NCBI GenBank assembly: GCA_951406725.2
Contig: OX597816.1
Span: 30,504,001-30,568,000 of the forward strand
Length of the DNA: 64,000 nucleotides
Source: Octopus vulgaris
Lineage: Eukaryota
Direction of reading: 5' to 3'
Position numbers and translations under genes: made by a program
In this document: positions 56,944-64,000 of the stretch, one piece after another
Layout: each line of letters starts with the position of its first letter
Position numbering within the stretch: the stretch's first letter is position 1
Notes under the pieces: generated by a model
What the model saw: only the letters and a program-made list of their open reading frames with translations
What the model was told of the DNA's origin: nothing
The model's database searches: none

Positions 56944-57468
56944 CGAGGTTGGGCTGAAAAGTTAATAGGCTGACTATTAAGCAGTGATGTTAAAGCTGGG
57001 AAATCTGACAAAAATTAACCTAAACTTTTCATGTTATTAACTATGTCCTGCAACTTCGACTAACGAGGAAAACATTCATCGTGTTCACCACATAGTGATG
57101 GAAGGCAGACGATTGACTATAAATCAAATAGCATATATTATTAGCATATCTTGAGAGAGAGTTGGGTTTTATTCTGCACCATAAACTTTGCCTAGCAAAG
57201 GTTTCTGCTCAGTGGGAGCCACGTCATCTGACACCTGATCAGAAGCACACCAAGCTGATTACATCAGGTGAAAATCTGACATTGATTGAAGCAGATCCTG
57301 CTTTTCCTTGAGTGTTTCCTAAGCCAGGATGAATATTGGGTTCATCATTATGAGCCAGTGACAATGAAACAATTTATGTAGTGGAAACACCTCTCATCAA
57401 CTGCCTCAAAGAAAGCTGAAGTTGTTTCAAGTGCAGGGAAGGAAATGGCCTCAGTGTTTCTGGAGCTG
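56944..57468 (+). mobile_element. 3'-truncated mariner, same family as 27345-28490
   Basis: TA|CGAGGTTGGGCTGAAAAGTTAATAGGCTGAC left end; KVSAQWEPRHLTPDQK, QDEYWVHHYEP and AGKEMASVF motifs. Confidence 0.85.
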
Positions 57469-57469
57469 A

Positions 57470-58795
57470 AAACTACATTTCTAGTTCTACAGCTAATGCC
57501 AGGGCTAATCTTACATACCATGCAGTTATTCTCAAAGGGCTACGTCCTACATAGTTGTGATCTGACGGAGTTACCTTTTCAATAATCTTAATGTTGAGTT
57601 AGGTCTCCTTTAGAGCTTTCCTAAATCTACGGGCTAGTTCTCCATGGGCTGTGGCCCCTACGAACATCACTCCTCGATATTTGTCGGTTCACCCTGTTTG
57701 CTTTGTCACAAGTTCTTTGTATCCTATTCCAGTCTTTGTTTCTATATCTAGGGTAGGATTCACTGGTATCATTACATATAATGTTATCTAATTTCTTTCT
57801 AGCACCCCTGTATACCCGAACCCTATCTTTCTGATCATATCTAGAGAATTGCATGATGTGCATGAAGTTATGTAGGTATTTTTTCTTCGTTTCATACGTT
57901 TCATAGTGGAGACACGTTCATTATCCTAACTAACTACAAAAGTTATAAGAATGGGAATGTGGTGCAACATATTCCAACCTATGAAAAGGACTGCACACAA
58001 TTATAAAACATCCAATAATTATGTTCCTACAATATACGGTTTATGCAAAGACAACGAGCCCTATATAAACCCTGTCATGGGGCCCCCAACTAGACCAGTT
58101 TGCAGACCGAATATCTGCAGCAACTATAGACTGTACTACTTCTTCTCATATGTGTTACGATCTCTCATAGAGATGTCTCCAGATGTCTGTGTGAGCAAGA
58201 AGGTCTCAGTAAAATCAGTACTTGCAATCACTCCAACGACATCACAGGTTGTGTAGTGGGTAGTTTTGGTGTGATTTCATTTTACCCATCTATAGACATA
58301 AATTTTGCATTGAGGTAATCTGTGAGAGTGAAGTAGAGTTCCGTGAGGTCAAGACGGGGGAACTAGGCGTCCTCCTTAGACTAAGCTACGACAGTGACTA
58401 TTTAGACGACTATGACCTCAGTAGATTCTGCCCAACCAGGTCACGGAAGGGAAGGCCACCCACCATCGGTATCAAGAACGGGGATTCTATTGTTGGGGTA
58501 CGTAGTGGGGTGATATATAGTTACCTTGATATTTTGGTGGATGGAGTTAGCTACTTGCTGGATGCTCTCCATTACGTTTCTCTCAGTTTCAACATTACCG
58601 TTACTAGAGTTGGTCTTAAGCATGATATTAATGTCATCTACATACCTACTGTAGAGTACAAGTGTTGTGGACTGTTCTGCTAAGGATTGCTTAAGTTTTC
58701 TGTCCCACCAGGTCATGAAGAGGCCGGTCACACCTCCAGCTACACCGACACCAATGTCTGCACCTTGAAGCTGCATGTATAGTTTTTGTTAAACT
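57470..58795. mobile_element. Rearranged Penelope-like element RT/linker remnant
   Basis: Plus strand 57885-58468: PTIYGLCKD, GPPTRPVC, VVGSFGVISFYPSID. Minus strand 58468-58795: [23 protein letters not shown]. Minus strand 57470-57880: MFVGATAHGELA..KIIEK..CMVC..SCRTRNVV. Confidence 0.82.
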
Positions 58796-58874
58796 TTACT
58801 ATATGGTTCTTCAAGGTGGTTCTTACAACGGCTCCTATTGCATGTGCAGTCATTCCTTTCACCTGATATGTATC

Positions 58875-58888
58875 TATGTATATATATT

Positions 58889-58974
<86 letters not shown>

Positions 58975-59018
58975 TATATGTATATGTATATTTATATATG
59001 TATAGATGTATGTATATG

Positions 59019-59078
<60 letters not shown>

Positions 59079-59211
59079 ATATGTATGTATATATATATGT
59101 GTATATTTGTATATATATATGTATGTATAAAGGTATGTATATATATGTATGTATATATATATGTATGTATATATGTAAATATATATGCATATACATTTCT
59201 TTGTATATATA

Positions 59212-59269
<58 letters not shown>

Positions 59270-59290
59270 CTGTGTGTGTATTTATGTGTG
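58875..59290. repeat. Compound (TA)n/(TATG)n/(TG)n microsatellite
   Basis: Directly visible. Confidence 0.95.
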
Positions 59291-59430
59291 TTTGTATGCA
59301 ATTATATTAAGGATATCAAATCCTCTTAAAGGGATGTTACCATACAACTTCATCAGTTATATCGAAAGCTGCAGTGAAAATCAAAGTTGTTAGTTTCACA
59401 TAGATGGATAAGTTTATATAAATATTCTTG

Positions 59431-61306
59431 TATGAGAAAAAAAAAAGAAATTGGAGAAATCAATATATAGGAATGAATTTATTTGAACAAATTCGATTCA
59501 GTATAAAATCAAATTCTTTTCACCTACAGCTGTTTCCATACTCAATTCAATTTGAGGAATTAAATTAATTTAAATTTTCATATCGAATATCGTAAATTGG
59601 GTATATATAAAACATGAAATCCAGTTTATTGTCATGTTCATCGGATAGTCTTAATAAGGTTAGGACTTGGATTCGTAGGAAAAAACGGACTAATTAAGAA
59701 TAATTTAGTTGGAACCTTGTAAAACTTTTTTTATAAACATTTTATCAAGGAGAAATAGAAATCATGATATAATTAACACCAGATTTCGCAGAGGTGCATT
59801 TCCGGTCTCTAATAACTTGGCTCAGATTGTTTCTTCCCTTAAAGAGTGAAAATTATCTGATTTTTATAACAATAATCCCGTAATTAAATTCATCAATTAT
59901 AATTCTCCTGGAAAAAATGTTAGTAATAAAGAGATTCATAATTCCTCTAATATACTAGGGGAAGCAATCCACATTAAATCCCATCTCAACCTGAAGAGTA
60001 TACGTAACACTGTAAATAACAATTACACTGAATGTAAAGTTATAGATCAAAATAATAATACGAATAGTAATGATAATATACACGACGATTACTTGGTTAA
60101 TATAACTGTTTATTTAAAAATCATTGCAAGCAAAAGAATTTAGTGTGTAGATGTAGAGTGATGTCTGAAGGTAAGAATTTCTTCTTACATCGGAGCAACG
60201 GAAAATTATGTAAGAAAAAAAAAACGCATCTCTAATCACATTTTCACCATCAGTAAGAGAAACAATTCATTAGTAAATTTGTTTGGGAATTAAAAGTCAA
60301 GAATGTAATGCTTTTCTTTGTAGTGGAAGATTGTAAGTCAGGCTAGTACCTATAAATTTGGAAACGCTTTTTATTTTCTCTCACGGAGATACTTCTTCAA
60401 ATCTTGTATCAAGGCGTCGACTCCCGAATGCGAGGTGGGAGACTAGTTTTTCATGTGTTCACGCCTGTAAATATGTCTTCACAAACTACCATTATATGTA
60501 ATTTAAAGAATATATTAGGTATAATTGTAAGTTTACTGGAACTCTGAATCAGGCGGTCTCTCTTGATTAATATGTTTACACCTGTAACTAATACAATTAA
60601 ATTGTTCTTAATAAATATCTTATTAATATTAAAGTATAAATTAAATGGTTAATATGATTATAAGGTTTTATGTACAGGTAACAGTAGTATATATTTGTTA
60701 AAGGTTACCGAAAATTTAATTTAGGCTTTTACTTTGAGAATATATGATTAATAGCTTATGAATGGTTAATTAATTTAAATTAGAGATACAATGTATTAAT
60801 TTAATATTAGCTTTAACTGTATTAATTTCTTAATTTGTTGATTTGATTTGTTAATATTTGTTTTCCTAGATTAGTTCGTTCATTTCTTTTCACATTATTG
60901 TGCACTAATATCAATGACGTAATATTCAGCTATGGTAATTGTTACACAGTTTTGATTCGTTATCATTTCGTAGCTTTCAATACTTTAACACACAAATACG
61001 CACAGACAAATAAGAATAATTACGGTTTTTTAAATACATCTGTTGCTAAAACTTATATATCTGAGTCTATCAAAAGTCAACCAACGCGTTCGAATGTTGC
61101 TCCGTTCTAAGAAATTCTCTCCCCTGACGAAATACCCAATTTACGATATTCGGTATGAACATTTAATTTAATTTAATTCCTCAAATTGAATTAATTAGGT
61201 ATGGAAACAGCTGGAGTTGTAAAGAATTTGATGTTATACTGAATGGAATTTGCTCAAGTAAATTGATGTCTATATATTAATTTCTCCATTTTCTTTTTTT
61301 CTTATA
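59431..61306 (+). mobile_element. Decayed Penelope-like element with C-terminal GIY-YIG remnant and inverted pseudo-LTRs
   Basis: ~175-bp inverted repeat (59431-59604 vs 61132-61306). Frameshifted endonuclease motifs YIGATEN (60186), RISNH (60225), KFVWELK (60275), WKIV (60324) and SCVHACKY (~60451). Hammerhead-like motif in the repeat. Confidence 0.78.
61120..61220 (+). ncRNA. Degenerate type I hammerhead ribozyme in PLE pLTR
   Basis: CTGACGA at 61124-61130; stem II ATACCcAATT/AATTaGGTAT; GAAA at 61204-61207; palindromic CAGCTG; cleavage triplet mutated to GGA (GTA in the inverted copy at 59525-59536). Confidence 0.65.
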
Positions 61307-61404
61307 TATGTGTATGTATGTTTTTATGTATGTATGTATGTATGTATGTATGTATGTATGTATGTATGTATGTATGTATGTATGTATGTATGTATGTATT
61401 ATCT

Positions 61405-61603
61405 ATGTGTGTATGTCTTTGTGACTGTGTTTGTCCCCACCATCACCACTTGACAACCTGTGTGGGTCTGTTTATGTTCTCGTAGCTTAGCGATTCGGCA
61501 CAAGGGACCTAGACTTAAAAAAAATAAGCCCCTGGAGTCTATTTGTCGGACTAAAGCCTTGAAGGCGATGCTCCAGCATAGTCATATTCAAATGACTGAA
61601 AAA
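61405..61603 (+). mobile_element. 3' half of diverged family A SINE
   Basis: gtgtttgtcccc...ttagcgattcggca...gctccagcat...aaatgactgaaa. Confidence 0.8.
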
Positions 61604-61649
<46 letters not shown>

Positions 61650-61742
61650 GACTCTCCTATTGAAGATGACGTATGAGTTAGGGTATACAGGTCATTAGAT
61701 TTGCACGTGCTTCTAATGATATGTACTTCTCGGATTACAAAG

Positions 61743-61826
61743 GCTGCTTGCTGATGAGTCTAGCCTTGGCAGATCAATTATATTCGTTTGCTAAAAAGAA
61801 GACGAAACTGCAGTACAAGATTAGCT
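61743..61826 (+). ncRNA. Type I hammerhead ribozyme, apparently intact
   Basis: Stem I CTTG/CAAG; core CTGATGA 61751-61757; stem II GTCT/AGAC extended by TTGGCAGA/TTTGCTAA; GAAA 61804-61807; palindromic stem III ACTGCAGT; GTA cleavage triplet 61813-61815. Confidence 0.85.
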
Positions 61827-62015
61827 GAGTTGGTAAACGTTTTTGATTTTCACTCCATTTCATGAATTTATCCCCTTTTTGTGTATCTAGTACTTGGTTC
61901 TTTATTTAGGGACCTTTTAATGTACTTATATATGAATAACATATAGTCTAATGACTAATTTGTCTTTTGTGCTTGATCACTGGTAATAATAATTTATTTT
62001 ATTACCCTATTTTAC

Positions 62016-62084
<69 letters not shown>

Positions 62085-62289
62085 ATATACGTAAATATAT
62101 ATATTACTCGTGTTGTCCCCATCTGCAGTACACGAGGCCTCCGGTGTAGTTGTATGTTATATATGTGTATGTATGTTATATGTATGTGTGTGTGTTAGTA
62201 TATGTACCTGACTTTACCCCACACCCAACAGTGAAACGCATCGATTTTGAAACGTCACACTAATGCATGCTAATTTATTTAGCAGGTAA

Positions 62290-62697
62290 CTTATCTTGAT
62301 GTTTGGTGATTACAAATCTCAAATTTCAAGAATATTTCTTGAGGTTCTTGCAGAATATAGAATGGTACGAGCGTCCTCTGGCACTTCAAGAGCCAGCTAT
62401 ATTCGACATTGTTGAAAGCCGTACTGCAATCTATCCAACAGCTAAATTCGTCTTCCTTACTCTCACACCTCATTTAATATTCTGCTATCTATATATAGCA
62501 GATCAGAAGTCTCCTTTGATTTCTTGCAACATTTTTGTTCCTCTGGAAATAGATTCACCTTTTCCAGAAAATTATATACTCCATATGCTATGAAACAAGT
62601 TAATACATTCCAGAGTAATGTTAAGCTAGTAATAAGTCTACAATTGCTTAAATGCCATCTCTTTTCTTTGTCCTTCTTTATCAATAATTTCGTTTGA
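62290..62697 (-). mobile_element. R4/Dong-like LINE RT N-terminal fragment
   Basis: SNCRLITSLTLLWNVLT..FPEEQKCC..DLLYID..WIDCSTAFNNVEYSWL corresponds to NYRPITCL..EQKG..WIDYKKAFD. Confidence 0.85.
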
Positions 62698-63075
62698 TCA
62701 CATGCTTACCACGAAAAAATCCTGTCTATCTGATCTCATGCATAGCTTATCACCGTCATTAGTTATTGTACTATGAGCAGATAGTATAACTTCTGCCTCA
62801 TACCTAGATAAATTAGAAATACGGTTCACAAATATAAGTGCCTTATGCAGTAATATTGGATTAAAAGTAGAATTATAACCTGAAATATCATATTGCATGA
62901 ACTTATAGCTATTTTTATTTTCCAAACTTTTGAATCAACGAATATCATCCCAGTGCGTCAGACCATAGCATACCTTTAATTATGGATCTTAGAGTTGCTA
63001 AGTTTCTATCTACTATATTTTAATAAATCTACCTACACCCGATTTAGATGGGCATATCAGCCTAACTGTTGAATC
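62698..63075 (-). mobile_element. Penelope-like element RT fragment
   Basis: QVRLICPSKSGVGR and FMQYDISGYNSTFNPILLHKALIF...FVVSM resemble the PLE RT pattern RLINP.KS..G / FDI..FYPSI...LL.KAL / FDV.MG. Confidence 0.7.
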
Positions 63076-63128
63076 ACCTTAAGGTTAATTTTATATATAC
63101 ATATATATATATAAATAAATAAAACATA

Positions 63129-63169
<41 letters not shown>

Positions 63170-63818
63170 GTACCTACCTCTACATGTATATATACACGCA
63201 TATATGAGTACAGGGCACCAAAAAACGTCGGACACAATGAGAAACGAAAACATAGACACACACCCAAGGAACTGGACATTTTTCTTAAACAACAAAAAAA
63301 TAGAGTACAGGACAAATAACACAAGGAAAAAACCCTTCTTCAGTCGCCATGGTTTCAACTACTCTACGTTTCGAAGGTGAAGGCGAGACGTATCTTCGAT
63401 ATATATATATATATATGCAGGAAAATAGACAATGTATATGTTGCTTACAGTATTTGTTGACTTATAGTTTCCCGGTCTTCTGGTTATAGTGTTCTTGTTA
63501 CTGTTGTTGTAGATATGTATGAGGATAATGTAAGCATTGTGGTAGCAGTGATGGTCATGGTTTTCGTGGTGGTGGTGGTGGGTGTTTCGATAGTGGCTTT
63601 TAGTGTCGGCGGCGGGTACGAATCCTTTGGTTGTCAAAATTATCATCATGGTGGTGAAGATTTTGTTTGCCATGATCCTCATTGCTATCCTCATCATCAG
63701 GATGATATGATGGTAACAGTGAAATCGAAAATGTTCCAATTGCTTTCTTAACGGATTCATACGAGAACATATATGTACGTCAGATATTTCAACACACAAC
63801 TGTGTATGTAAATTCGTA

Positions 63819-63887
<69 letters not shown>

Positions 63888-64000
63888 GTGTGTGTGTGTG
63901 TTTGTGTGCCAGTATGTATGTGTGAATGTGTATATGTATGTATTTATAAGTACATATATATTTGTAAGCACTTAAGAATGTATGTTTATGCGTGTGTATA

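Noticed and set aside
59290-59357. Minus-strand CTGATGA followed by a TTGTATG/CATACAA stem
   Set aside because: No GAAA, stem III or cleavage triplet follows; the sequence runs into a (CA)n tract. At most a truncated hammerhead.
63325-63400. Minus-strand GAAAC...GTA...CTGAAGA as a type II hammerhead
   Set aside because: Stems I and II cannot be closed next to the core without mismatches. Probably a repeat terminus, but ribozyme topology is unsupported.

Overview
AT-rich, repeat-saturated eukaryotic non-coding DNA (intronic or intergenic). The SINE, LINE and microsatellite content suggests an Octopus (coleoid cephalopod) genome; this is an inference from repeat families, not a database match. 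I found no recognisable host protein-coding exon, tRNA gene or rRNA gene, and most of the ORF track is microsatellite translation. The window is a mosaic of mobile-element remnants: four mariner copies (one full length with near-perfect 37-bp TIRs); several R4/Dong-like RLE non-LTR retrotransposon copies in (TAA)n or (TACA)n microsatellites; L1/Tx1-like fragments; several Penelope-like element (PLE) remnants; three copies of a ~420-bp MITE with internal telomere repeats (8-bp TSDs in two); two non-autonomous Helitrons; at least four tRNA-derived SINE families; and a ~3.2-kb cryptic satellite. The most notable signals are an apparently intact type I hammerhead ribozyme at 61743-61826 in a ~375-bp (TA)n-embedded unit, further degenerate hammerheads in PLE termini, and microsatellite-targeted retroelements ((TAA)n and (TACA)n) with a candidate non-autonomous passenger. 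Coordinates of decayed elements are approximate.
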